From positions 8,442-72,441 of the forward strand of contig CAZPQW010000018.1 in NCBI GenBank assembly GCA_964588985.1: a DNA stretch of 64,000 bases, given 5' to 3'. The stretch is from an uncultured Solirubrobacteraceae bacterium. GTDB taxonomy: Bacteria > Actinomycetota > Thermoleophilia > Solirubrobacterales > Solirubrobacteraceae. The translations under genes and the position numbers were made by a program. Shown here in pieces: positions 27,352 to 36,843 of the stretch (position 1 is its first letter; each line of letters opens with the position of its first letter). The notes under the pieces were generated by a model. The model was given only the letters and a program-made list of their open reading frames with translations. It was not told the DNA's origin and searched no databases.

Positions 27352-27870
27352 TCAGCGGACTACTGCCGAGACCTTTCGGCGAAACGCGACAGGATCGATC
27401 GCCGGGTAGCGGAAGAGCTCCGGCTCGATTGCGTCGTAGAGCTCGTGCAGCCTGGATGGCTCTACGAGCCCGGACTCCATCATGTGCCGGACATCATCGA
27501 GGTCTTGGCTGAACCCACGCTCGATCTTGGACAACGCTTGCGAGTAGAAGTCGAAGTGATGGATATCGACGTTGCCCTCCCGGAATACAAACGGGCTGCG
27601 ATCCCGCCAGCCCGGCAGCTCGGGGATGAAGTCCGGCGGCGAGGCCAGCTCGATGTTCACGCCAAGATCCTCCTTCAATGCGGGAAGCTCTCGTAGCAGT
27701 GAGTCGATGTCCGGTTCGAGCCTCATATCGACATCTACGGTTGAGCCCCGCCAGCCTTCGAGCACTGCCGTGGCGCCTCCCGTCAAGTAGATTCTCGTCG
27801 GCGCGCTTGCCACCCGTCCGAGGCGGCGAGCCAGCTCCCGCAGCCGAGTCTCGTCAACCGGCGGACGCAT
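27352..27870 (-). CDS. DUF6036-like nucleotidyltransferase
   Basis: YLTGGATAVLEGWRGSTVDVD..QALSKIERG..DLDD. Confidence 0.8.
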   Translation of the reverse strand: MRPPVDETRLRELARRLGRVASAPTRIYLTGGATAVLEGWRGSTVDVDMRLEPDIDSLLRELPALKEDLGVNIELASPPDFIPELPGWRDRSPFVFREGNVDIHHFDFYSQALSKIERGFSQDLDDVRHMMESGLVEPSRLHELYDAIEPELFRYPAIDPVAFRRKVSAVVR

Positions 27871-28138
27871 GCTCGGCCGCCCGTGCAAAGCTCACCACAC
27901 GAGCGACCAGCGCGTTGTAGCGACTGTGAGGCCCCTCATCGGACTCGGTGAGCAGTTCATAGAGACGATGGGATGGCTGCGCTCCCCCACCCTGCGGCAC
28001 ATCGATCCCGATCGCACGCAGCCGAGGCGCAGCCATGGCGACGAGCAATGCCGACTCGGTCTCCCTGCCCGCCGCGAGATCATCGAGGCCCACACTTACG
28101 ATCTCGTATCCAGGCAGGTCATCTCGAACTTCCGACAC
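27854..28138 (-). CDS. small helical partner of the DUF6036-like NTase
   Basis: LPGYEIV..GLDDL..HSRYNALVARVVSF; overlaps the downstream gene. Confidence 0.7.
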   Translation of the reverse strand: MSEVRDDLPGYEIVSVGLDDLAAGRETESALLVAMAAPRLRAIGIDVPQGGGAQPSHRLYELLTESDEGPHSRYNALVARVVSFARAAEHASAG

Positions 28139-28215
28139 GCCCAGATCCTAGGCGATCCGTGAGAACACCTTTGAGAACATCGCCCCTCCGCACTCTCCAA
28201 TGCGTCCAGAAGCAC

Positions 28216-28641
28216 TCAGCATGTCGGCTGCCGGCGCCACGCCGCAAGCGCCATGCCGCAGAACCCGGTCGTCGTAGCCACGAACGACCCGACGGTGCAC
28301 GCGATGTAGACGGGGTGCCGGTCGATGTCGGGCTTGATCGCGAGTGGCAGGAAGGCCATCGCGTTCGTCCACGCGCCGATGCCCAGCGCGGTCGCGGCGA
28401 CTTTGGGCGGGTCTGGCACGGCGAGCCCACACGCGATCGTGGCCGTCCCGAGCATCGCGAGATCCAGATGCCACTGGCGAACCCTCGGCGTGCTCTTCAG
28501 ACCTATCCGCTCCGCCAGGTCGGGCCGCGTTCTCGCGAGCGTGTAAACCCATCCGGTCAACGCGCCAGCCGCGAGCTCGGCAAGGCCGGACCTGACGAGC
28601 GGGGACGGAGTGCTTCCGCTCGTGCGGCTCAATGGCCACAT
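28216..28641 (-). CDS. 4-TM membrane protein, hydroxylaminobenzene-mutase-like
   Basis: GALTGW..RVRQWHLD..GAWTNA. Family call from recall; start uncertain. Confidence 0.5.
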   Translation of the reverse strand: MWPLSRTSGSTPSPLVRSGLAELAAGALTGWVYTLARTRPDLAERIGLKSTPRVRQWHLDLAMLGTATIACGLAVPDPPKVAATALGIGAWTNAMAFLPLAIKPDIDRHPVYIACTVGSFVATTTGFCGMALAAWRRQPTC

Positions 28642-28827
28642 CCAGACGCAGGAGTGATCGTCATCGCTGCACTCTAAGGCCTTGGGGTAGAGCCGGAGAC
28701 TGGAAACCGAGCCGGGCATCGCTTCTCCCACAAGTGAGCAAGGGACAAGCGCATCGCTCGTGACAGATGTGACAGCTCTCACCTCCCCGTGAGGTCGCGC
28801 TTAGCTTGACGGTGCAACCTCGAGGTC

Positions 28828-29850
28828 ATGCTGTTCCAATCGAGACGCCGGAAGGCACGGTGGCCGATGCTCGCGACGGTCGTCGTAGCGGCCGCCGTTC
28901 CGGTCGCTGTCCTCACGGTCGACACCGACCACGACGGGGTCTCCCGCGCCTCGGCCGCCGCCGGCCCCGGCTGGCAGTCCGGCGCGACAGCCTGCGCCAG
29001 CGCCAGCGCCGCCATCTCCGCCGTCGACATGGCGGTCGCGCGCCACATCTACACCGACGAGCTCCACGGCAGTGAGACCAAGGCCGACATCGGCCGTATC
29101 GCCAGCTCCCAGGCGCTTCTCAGCGCGATGGCCGGTTCCAATCCGGCCGCTGTCCAGGCAGCCGTCCATGCGCTCGTCTACGCCCCCCACTGGCACATCG
29201 TCCGGCTACGAGTGCTGAAGGCGGGCAAGGTCCTCTCCGACATCGGCGGGCCCTACATCATCGCGCCCGTCACCGGGACGCTCAGATGGCACGGCCGCAC
29301 GGTCGGCAGCTACGTGATGTCGGTTCAGGACGACGTCGGCTTCGTCAAGCTCGTCAGCCGCTTCATCGGCACCCCGATCGACGTCTACCGCAACGGCTCA
29401 TTCCTGATGGGAACGCTCAAGCCGGCCCCGAGCACGGTGAGCAATGGAGCGGTGGTGACCGTCGCGGGGAGCACCTACCGCGCGAGCGTGATGCGAGCCG
29501 GGGCCTTTCCCAAAGGCTCTCTCCAGATCGCCCTCTTCACGAAGGAACCCACCGCTTCAAGCGGTAGCTGTGCGACGGTGCGCAGCGCCGCCTGGGGAAG
29601 CGTCGCGGCTCACATCGCCGCCCGCTTCAAACCACTCCCAAGCCACTACAAGGATCTGGTCAACGTCGTGCGCGCGACGACCAACGCCGCGACCTTCGTA
29701 CGCGCCGGGTCGAAGCAGCTCGCGGGCGGTCCCGGCCCGGCGAGGCTCCCGCTCAGCGGCACCGTCACCTACCGCGGTCGGTCGTGGTCGGTGTTCTCCT
29801 TCGAGCCTGTTCCTCCAGCGCGGATCTACGTGCTGACCCACAAGGAATGA
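28828..29850 (+). CDS. exported hypothetical protein, possibly Cache-like
   Basis: N-terminal signal/TM; no second TM or output domain. Confidence 0.65.
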   Translation: MLFQSRRRKARWPMLATVVVAAAVPVAVLTVDTDHDGVSRASAAAGPGWQSGATACASASAAISAVDMAVARHIYTDELHGSETKADIGRIASSQALLSAMAGSNPAAVQAAVHALVYAPHWHIVRLRVLKAGKVLSDIGGPYIIAPVTGTLRWHGRTVGSYVMSVQDDVGFVKLVSRFIGTPIDVYRNGSFLMGTLKPAPSTVSNGAVVTVAGSTYRASVMRAGAFPKGSLQIALFTKEPTASSGSCATVRSAAWGSVAAHIAARFKPLPSHYKDLVNVVRATTNAATFVRAGSKQLAGGPGPARLPLSGTVTYRGRSWSVFSFEPVPPARIYVLTHKE

Positions 29851-29853
29851 AGC

Positions 29854-30651
29854 TCACACCCGCAGCCAGGCATGGTCCGGATCGTCCTGGAAGCGCCACT
29901 CCCGGCGCGGGCCGGCCATCACGTTGAGGTAGTAGAGCTCGTAGCCCGGCATCGCCGCCACCACGTGGTATCCGCGCGGCACCAGCACCACATCCCCGTC
30001 ACCCACCGCAATCGTCTCGTCCAGGGTGCGATCGTCGGTGTAGACCCGCTGCAGCGCGAAGCCACGCTCGGGCCTGAACCGGTGGTAATAGGTCTCCTCC
30101 AAGAACGATTCGTGCGGCGGGTCGTCTCGCTCGTGCTTGTGGGGGGGAAAGCTCGACCAGTTCCCCGGTGGGGTGAGCACCTCCACCACGAGCAGCGACT
30201 CCGCGGCGCGGTCGTCCATCAGGACCGGGTGGACCGCCCGGAAGGTGTTCCCCTCTCCCCTCCCCTGCACCTCCACGTCCGTGATGAGGATCGGATGCAG
30301 GCCGGAGTCGGGAGTTCCGGGCGCCCAGCACAGCGCCACCTCTGATGCGTCGCTCACCGCCTCCACCGTGAGGCTGCAGCCTGCGGGCACATACGCGGCG
30401 CTCGGCGGTCCGTCGAAGACGCTCTCCCGGCCGCCGATCTCAACGGCCCCCGTGCCCAGATCCACCGCCACGTGGCCGCTGAGCACCACCACGCAGAGCT
30501 CGCGCCGCTCCTCCCCCCACTCGCGCCGCTCGCCGCGCATGAGGCGCACCACGGAGAACCCGATGTAGCGCCAGCCGGCGGACGCCGGAGTGACGTCCAC
30601 CAGCGTCCCGTCCTCTCCGGCCGCGCCCGCACGAATCAGCAGGTCACTCAT
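29854..30651 (-). CDS. iolB: 5-deoxy-glucuronate isomerase
   Basis: EVLTPPGNWSSFPPHKH, EETYYH, VPRGYH, YLNVMAG. Confidence 0.93.
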   Translation of the reverse strand: MSDLLIRAGAAGEDGTLVDVTPASAGWRYIGFSVVRLMRGERREWGEERRELCVVVLSGHVAVDLGTGAVEIGGRESVFDGPPSAAYVPAGCSLTVEAVSDASEVALCWAPGTPDSGLHPILITDVEVQGRGEGNTFRAVHPVLMDDRAAESLLVVEVLTPPGNWSSFPPHKHERDDPPHESFLEETYYHRFRPERGFALQRVYTDDRTLDETIAVGDGDVVLVPRGYHVVAAMPGYELYYLNVMAGPRREWRFQDDPDHAWLRV

Positions 30652-32542
30652 CGGAGCCTCCAGGCCGCAGGTGTGTCCGCTGACGCTCGCGCTCCTCGAG
30701 GTAGAGCGCTCGCGCCTCACGCACCTCGGGGCGGTCGGAGACCTCCGCCACCGGAACCTCCCACCACGACTCATACGAGGGCGTCTCCACACGGCGGTCG
30801 GCGGTGACGTGCACCACAACCACGCCCCCTGCCTCGCGAGCCCGCGATAGCGCCCCCGGAAGATCGTCGATGCCCTCCGCGCGGATCACCTCCGCGCCCA
30901 GGCTCTGCGCGTTCGCCGCCAGGTCGATCGGCAGGTCGAGCCGCTCGTCCTCGAGGTCGCTGTCGAGCGACACGCCGTCCGCGACGCTGCGGCGATAGCG
31001 CGTGCCGAAGCCATCCGTGCCGAGCGAGCGCGACAGCGCCCCGATCGACGCGAAGCCGCGGTTGTCGATCAGCACCACGATCAGCTTCACGCCCTCCTGC
31101 ACCGCGGTCGCGATCTCCGAGCTGAGCATCAGATACGACCCGTCGCCCACGATCGCGAACACTTCCCTCTGCGGCGCGGCGAGCTTCACCCCGAGCGCAC
31201 CCGCGATCTCATAGCCCATCGTCGAGTACCCGTACTCCACGTGGTAGGAGCCGGGGCGGCGTGCCCGCCACAGCTTGTGCAGGTCGCCCGGAGCCGAGCC
31301 CGCCGCGGCCACCACCACGTCCTGCGCCTCCGCCGCCGCCTCCACCGCGCCGATCACCTCGGCCTGGGCGGGCAGCGGAGTGTGGCGCTGACCGTAGAGG
31401 CGCAGCACCTCCTCGTCCCACGCCGCTCTCAGCACCGCCACCTCGGCGGCGTAGGCGGACTCGACGGCGTGGCCTTCGAGCGCGACCGTCAACGCTTCGA
31501 TCGCCGCGCGCGCATCGGCGTCGAGCTGCAGCCCGGAGTGCTTCGCGAGGTCGATGCTCGCCACATTCACGTTCACGAAGCGCACGTCCGGCGAGGCGAA
31601 CGCGGTCTTCGACGCGGTCGTGAAGTCGCTCCAGCGCGTGCCGACCCCGATCACCAGATCGGCCGTCGCGGCCAGGCGGTTCGCCGCGAGGGTCCCGGTC
31701 GCGCCGATCCCGCCGAGCGCGCCCGGCTCCTGCCACGGCAGCGATCCCTTGCCTGCCTGGGTCTCCGCCACGGGGATCCCCGTCTGGGCGCTCAGCCGCG
31801 CCAGCGCCTCGCTAGCCTCCGAGTAGATCACGCCACCGCCCGCGACGATCAGCGGCCTGCGCGCCACGCGAATCAACGACACCGCCTCTGCCAGCGCGCC
31901 CGCCTCGGGCGGACGGCGGCGGATCACCCAAGTGCGGGGCGCGAACAGCTCCTCGGGGAACTCGTGCGCTTCCACCTGCACGTCCTGCGGCAGGCACAGC
32001 GTCACCGCCCCCGTCTCGGCGGGGTCGCTCAGCACGCGCATCGCCTCCAGCGCCGCCGACGCGAGCTGCTCGGGGCGCTGGATCCGGTCGAAGTAGCGCG
32101 ACACCGGGCGCAGGCAGTCGTTCACCGTCACGTCGCCCGCCCACGACTGCTCGAGCTGCTGCAGCACCGGGTGAGGGCCGCGCGTCGCAAACACGTCGCC
32201 CGGCAGCAGCAGCACAGGCAGGCGGTTGATCGTCGCCGCCGCCGCGCCCGTCACGAGGTTCGTCGCTCCCGGCCCGATCGACGTCGTGCACGCCATCGTC
32301 GACAGCCGCAGCCGCTCGCGCGCGAAGCCCGCCGCGGTGTGGACCATCGCCTGCTCGTTGCGCGCCAGGTAGTAGGGCATCTGCTCGCGCTGCGCGAGCA
32401 GCGCCTCGCCCACCCCCGCGACGTTGCCGTGACCGAAGATGCCGAGGCAGCCCTCGAAGAAGCGCCCGCGCCGACCGTCGCGCTCTACGTACTGCACTGA
32501 GAGAAAGCGGATGAGCGCCTGCGCGACCGTGACGTTAGGCAT
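30644..32542 (-). CDS. iolD: trihydroxycyclohexane-1,2-dione acylhydrolase
   Basis: TVAQAL, GIFGHGNVAG, NEQAM, EYGYSTMGYE, GDGSYLM. Confidence 0.95.
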   Translation of the reverse strand: MPNVTVAQALIRFLSVQYVERDGRRGRFFEGCLGIFGHGNVAGVGEALLAQREQMPYYLARNEQAMVHTAAGFARERLRLSTMACTTSIGPGATNLVTGAAAATINRLPVLLLPGDVFATRGPHPVLQQLEQSWAGDVTVNDCLRPVSRYFDRIQRPEQLASAALEAMRVLSDPAETGAVTLCLPQDVQVEAHEFPEELFAPRTWVIRRRPPEAGALAEAVSLIRVARRPLIVAGGGVIYSEASEALARLSAQTGIPVAETQAGKGSLPWQEPGALGGIGATGTLAANRLAATADLVIGVGTRWSDFTTASKTAFASPDVRFVNVNVASIDLAKHSGLQLDADARAAIEALTVALEGHAVESAYAAEVAVLRAAWDEEVLRLYGQRHTPLPAQAEVIGAVEAAAEAQDVVVAAAGSAPGDLHKLWRARRPGSYHVEYGYSTMGYEIAGALGVKLAAPQREVFAIVGDGSYLMLSSEIATAVQEGVKLIVVLIDNRGFASIGALSRSLGTDGFGTRYRRSVADGVSLDSDLEDERLDLPIDLAANAQSLGAEVIRAEGIDDLPGALSRAREAGGVVVVHVTADRRVETPSYESWWEVPVAEVSDRPEVREARALYLEERERQRTHLRPGGSDE

Positions 32543-33500
32543 TCGCGCCCCCCAGAAGCGTGTCGAGCTCCTCCTGCGTGGGCATCTCCGGCGCGCACGC
32601 CAGCCGCGACGCCACGAGCGCACCCGCCGCGTTCGCCGCTCGCAGGGTGCGCTCGAGACCCCAGCCGTGGATCGTGCCGGCGCACAGCGCTCCGCCGAAC
32701 GCGTCGCCCGCGCCGAGGCCGTTGACCACGTCGAGCGTGAACGGCTCCAGCTCAACCTCCTCGCCGTCGCGACTCAGCGCGTAAACGCCCTCCGGGCCAC
32801 GCTTGACGATCGCAACCTCCACCCCCGCGTCCAGCAGCGCGCGCGCCGCCGCCCGCGGCTCGCGCTCGCCGGTCGCCATGTGCGTCTCCTCGCGGTTGCC
32901 CACCGCGACCGTCGCGTGCGCGAGCGCTTCGCGGGTGTGGATTCCCGCCTGCTCCTCGGAGTCCCAGAAGGAAGGTCGGTAGTCGAGGTCGTGGATCGTC
33001 ACCCGGCCGTCGGCCGGGGAGCCAGAGCGGGCGGCGAGCGCGCCCAGCACCGCGCTTCGACTCGGCTCCTCCGATAGGCCCGTCCCGGTCGTCCAGAACA
33101 CGCGCGCCGCCGCGATCGCGTCGAGGTCGAGCTCCTCGAGCGATATCTGCATGTCGGGCGCGCTCGGCTCGCGGTAGAAGAGGATCGGGAAGTCGTCGGG
33201 CGGGAACAGCTCGCAGAACACCAGCGGCGTGCGCAGGCGCTCATCGACGCCCACCCAGCGGTCGTCGACCCCGTAGCGGCGCAGCTCCTCGCGCAGGTAG
33301 CCGCCGAACGCGTCGTCCCCCACCTTGGTGATCACCGCCGCGCTGACGCCCAGCCGCGCCGCGGCGACCGCCACGTTCGTCGCGCTCCCGCCGAGACTCT
33401 TCGCGAACGTCCGCACCTCCGCGAGCGAGCAGCCGCTCTGCAGCGGGTACAGGTCGACCCCGATGCGGCCGGTTGCGATCAGGTCGAACGGCTCGCTCAC
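32535..33500 (-). CDS. iolC: 5-dehydro-2-deoxygluconokinase
   Basis: GRIGVDLYP, GGSATNVA, DLDYRP, NGLGAGDAFG. Confidence 0.93.
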   Translation of the reverse strand: MSEPFDLIATGRIGVDLYPLQSGCSLAEVRTFAKSLGGSATNVAVAAARLGVSAAVITKVGDDAFGGYLREELRRYGVDDRWVGVDERLRTPLVFCELFPPDDFPILFYREPSAPDMQISLEELDLDAIAAARVFWTTGTGLSEEPSRSAVLGALAARSGSPADGRVTIHDLDYRPSFWDSEEQAGIHTREALAHATVAVGNREETHMATGEREPRAAARALLDAGVEVAIVKRGPEGVYALSRDGEEVELEPFTLDVVNGLGAGDAFGGALCAGTIHGWGLERTLRAANAAGALVASRLACAPEMPTQEELDTLLGGANA

Positions 33501-34408
33501 AGACCGTGCTCCCGCAGGTACGCGCGGTTGAGCGCCTGGTCGACGAAGCAGTGCTGGTCGTCGAGCGGGTCGGGGAAGATGTCCTGCTCGACCACCAGCC
33601 AACCCGAGTAGCCGATCTCGTCGATCGTCGCCAACACCCCCTCGAGGTCGATGTCGCCCTCGCCGAGCACGCAGAACGCGCGGCGCTCCCAGATCTCCTG
33701 GAACGGGGCGCGCTCGCGCACGATCCCCTCCACCACCTCTCTGCGCGCGTCCTTCACGTGCAGGTGGTTGATCCGCCCCGCCCAGTCGCGCAGCGCCGTC
33801 ACCGGGTCGCCGCCGCCGATCAGCAGATGTCCCGTATCGAGGCAGATCCCCACGTCGCTCAGCTCCATCACGCGCTCGATCTCCCACACCGCCTCCACAT
33901 ACGTCGCGGTGTGGTGGTGGAACGTCGGCTCGTAGCCGCGCTCGCGGCAGCGGTCAACGACCCGTGCGAGGCCGTCCGCGAAGCGCTTCCAGCCCGACTC
34001 GCCGAGCCCGAGCGTCCTGTCGGTGGCGGCGCCGCCGGGGTTCTCGAAGCGCACCTCGGCGCCCGCGTCGGCGAGCGTCGGGCGCGGCGGCGGACCGTCG
34101 CCGCCCGCTGTCAGGTCGAACACGTCGAGAAGCTCATCGACGCGCCCCATCTCCTGCGCGAGCGCCGCCGGGTCGGTGAACGGCAGCCCCAGATAGCCCC
34201 CCGCGAGCGACAGCTCGCGCTCGCTCAACCGCTTGGCTAGCTCCTCACCGATGCCGAGGTAGCCCACCGGCCCGAGGTCGATGCCCGCGTAGCCTGCCTC
34301 GGAGACGCCGTCGAGCAGCGTCACCGGGTCGGGCACGTTCGGGTAGACGCCGATCGTGATCTCGAACGCGCCGTAGCTGCAGGGTGCGTTTGCGATGACG
34401 ACGCTCAT
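33497..34408 (-). CDS. iolE: inosose dehydratase-like TIM barrel (IolE/MocC family)
   Basis: NAPCSYG, HHHTATYVE, DTGH, HVKD, VEQD; iol context. Confidence 0.75.
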   Translation of the reverse strand: MSVVIANAPCSYGAFEITIGVYPNVPDPVTLLDGVSEAGYAGIDLGPVGYLGIGEELAKRLSERELSLAGGYLGLPFTDPAALAQEMGRVDELLDVFDLTAGGDGPPPRPTLADAGAEVRFENPGGAATDRTLGLGESGWKRFADGLARVVDRCRERGYEPTFHHHTATYVEAVWEIERVMELSDVGICLDTGHLLIGGGDPVTALRDWAGRINHLHVKDARREVVEGIVRERAPFQEIWERRAFCVLGEGDIDLEGVLATIDEIGYSGWLVVEQDIFPDPLDDQHCFVDQALNRAYLREHGL

Positions 34409-35328
34409 GCTCCCACCGCCGAGCCGTTGCGCGCCTGCTCGAAGATCTCCACGAAGGACCCGTACGCGTCCGCGATCTGCTCCGCCGCGGCCTCGCGGTC
34501 GATCTCCCCCGCGCTGTGGCGTCGCAGCGCGGGCCACCAGATCGAGCGGCCGATCGCGAAGCCCGCGAAGCCCTCCACGCCGGCCACGGTACGTAGCCAC
34601 TCATCCACCCGCTCGGCGGGCGCGCCGCTGCCGAGCACCACGCAGACCACCTCCTCGCGCCCATCGCGCCGTGCCGCCTCCACGATCGCCTCAGCCGCGT
34701 CGCGGTCGCGCATCCCCTCGACCTTCCAGATCCCGGGCTCGACGCCCGCCTGCCGCAGCTCGCCGATCGCGACACGGATCAGCTCGGGCCGCAGCTGCTC
34801 CTCGAAGCGCTCGACATCGCCCTCGACGCTTGCGAGCTGCGCGGGCGTCGGCTCGACGATCAGCTCGAGCAGGAAGCTGCGCTCGTGGGCGGACAGCCAG
34901 TCCGACAGCACGCGCAGGCGCTCCCCCTGGACCGCGTTGCCGTCGCGGTCGCCCTCGGCGTTGTAGCGCACGAGGACCTTCGTGATGTCGGGGTCCGCCG
35001 CGAGGATCTCCTCGCCGAACCTGTCGCCGTGGTTGAACTCGAAGATCTCGCGATCCGACCGCTCCGCGGGCATCGCCACGAGGATGCCGAGCTCGCGCGC
35101 CGGCGCCACGAGCTCCGCGCCGAACTCGTCGTCGACGAGGATCCCGAGTCCCTCGGGGGTGCTCGCCGCGGCGAGCCGCACGCCCTCGAGGATCAGGCGC
35201 TTGGCGTCCTGGATCGTCTCCCGCTGCTCGTCGCTCAGCGCGCCGTCGGCGCCGACGAGCTCGCGTCGGAAGAAGCCGCGATGGTCGAACGCGAGGAAAT
35301 ACAGCTTGTCGTTGCTTGTGGAAGGCAC
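34405..35328 (-). CDS. DUF2090-family class I aldolase-like protein
   Basis: LAFDHRG, KVLVRYN, IWKVEG, GFAIGRSIW. Confidence 0.8.
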   Translation of the reverse strand: MPSTSNDKLYFLAFDHRGFFRRELVGADGALSDEQRETIQDAKRLILEGVRLAAASTPEGLGILVDDEFGAELVAPARELGILVAMPAERSDREIFEFNHGDRFGEEILAADPDITKVLVRYNAEGDRDGNAVQGERLRVLSDWLSAHERSFLLELIVEPTPAQLASVEGDVERFEEQLRPELIRVAIGELRQAGVEPGIWKVEGMRDRDAAEAIVEAARRDGREEVVCVVLGSGAPAERVDEWLRTVAGVEGFAGFAIGRSIWWPALRRHSAGEIDREAAAEQIADAYGSFVEIFEQARNGSAVGA

Positions 35329-35358
35329 GGGGTTCGTTTCCTGTCTGTCGTAGGAGGT

Positions 35359-36843
35359 TCAGCTGTCGACGAAATAGCCGGCGCTGGTGGCGCCGTCGGA
35401 GAAGAAGCGGCTGGTGATCGTCTTCTTGCGCGTGAAGAAGTCGACCCCGTCGGTGCCGTGCGCGTGCAGGTCGCCGAGGAAGGAGTCCTTCCAGCCCGAG
35501 AACGGGAAGAACGCGACCGGCGCCGCGACGCCGATGTTCACGCCCACCATCCCCGCCTCGACGCTGTGGCGCACGCGGCGCACGGCCGCGCCGGACTCGG
35601 TGAAGATCGACATGCCGTTGCCGAACGCGCTCGCGTTCACCACCGCGATCGCCTCGTCGAGCGTCTCCACGTGGATCACGCTCAGCACCGGGCCGAAGAT
35701 CTCCTCGCGTGCGATCCGCATCCGCGGCGTCACGCCGTCGAGGATCGTCGGGCCGACCAGGCACCCGCCCACGCCGGTCGCGTCGCGCCCGTCGAGCAGC
35801 AGGCCGGCGCCTTCGCTCACGCCCTGCTCGATCCAGCCGGCGACCCGCTCGCGCGCGGCGGGCGAGACGAGCGGGCCGACGTCGGTCGTCTCGAGCATCG
35901 CGTCGCCGACCGTCAGCTCCCGGCTCGCCTGCTCCAGGGCTCCCATGAGCCGCTCGCGCGCCGCGCCGACCGTCACGAGCACCGAGCCGGCCATGCAGCG
36001 CTGCCCGGCGGCGCCGAACGCCGACGCGACGATCCCCGCGACGGTTCGGTCGACGACCGCGTCGGGCATCACGATCATGTGGTTCTTCGCGCCGCCGAGC
36101 GCCTGCACGCGCTTGCCGGTGGCCGCCGCCCGCGAGTACACGAGCTTCGCGACCGGCGCCGAGCCGACGAACGAGATCGCGTCGATGCCGGGGTGCTCGA
36201 GCATCCCCTCCACGACCTCCCGCCCGCCGTTGACGAGGTTCACCACGCCGTCGGGCAGGCCGAGCTCGTCGAGCGCCTGAAACGCGATCTGCTGGGTCAG
36301 AGGAACCTGCTCGGAGGGCTTGAGGATGAACGTGTTGCCGCACGCGATCGCGAACGGCAGGAACCAGAACGGCACCATCGCGGGGAAGTTGAACGGCGCG
36401 ATCGCCGCGCACACCCCGACCGGCTGGCGCACGGTTTCGCAGTCCACGCCCCGCGCGACGTCCTCCAGCACGCGGCCCTGCATCGTGGTGGGCACCGCAC
36501 ACGCGCACTCCACCATCTCGATCATCCGCGCCACCTCCGCGCGTGCGTCGCCGATCGTCTTGCCGAGCTCCGCGGTGACCGCCCGCGCGAGATCCTCACG
36601 GCGCGCGTCCAGCAGCCCGCGCAGCTCGAACAGCCGCCTTGCGCGCTCGATCACGCTCACCTCGCGCCACGCCGGGAGCGCCGCGCGCGCGGCCGCGACC
36701 GCCGCGTCGAGATCCCCGCCGGTGGACATCGGCACACGCGCGAGCAGCTCGCCACTGGAGGGGTTCGTCACGTCGAGCCATTCCTCCGCGCTCGCCGCGG
36801 TCCAGCTCCCGCCTACGTAGTTCTGCAGCATCTCCGCGCTCAT
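35359..36843 (-). CDS. iolA: CoA-acylating (methyl)malonate-semialdehyde dehydrogenase (IolA/MmsA)
   Basis: PFNFPAMVP, GGAKNH, AGQRCMA, EEIFGPV, FSGWKDSFLGDLH. Confidence 0.92.
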   Translation of the reverse strand: MSAEMLQNYVGGSWTAASAEEWLDVTNPSSGELLARVPMSTGGDLDAAVAAARAALPAWREVSVIERARRLFELRGLLDARREDLARAVTAELGKTIGDARAEVARMIEMVECACAVPTTMQGRVLEDVARGVDCETVRQPVGVCAAIAPFNFPAMVPFWFLPFAIACGNTFILKPSEQVPLTQQIAFQALDELGLPDGVVNLVNGGREVVEGMLEHPGIDAISFVGSAPVAKLVYSRAAATGKRVQALGGAKNHMIVMPDAVVDRTVAGIVASAFGAAGQRCMAGSVLVTVGAARERLMGALEQASRELTVGDAMLETTDVGPLVSPAARERVAGWIEQGVSEGAGLLLDGRDATGVGGCLVGPTILDGVTPRMRIAREEIFGPVLSVIHVETLDEAIAVVNASAFGNGMSIFTESGAAVRRVRHSVEAGMVGVNIGVAAPVAFFPFSGWKDSFLGDLHAHGTDGVDFFTRKKTITSRFFSDGATSAGYFVDS

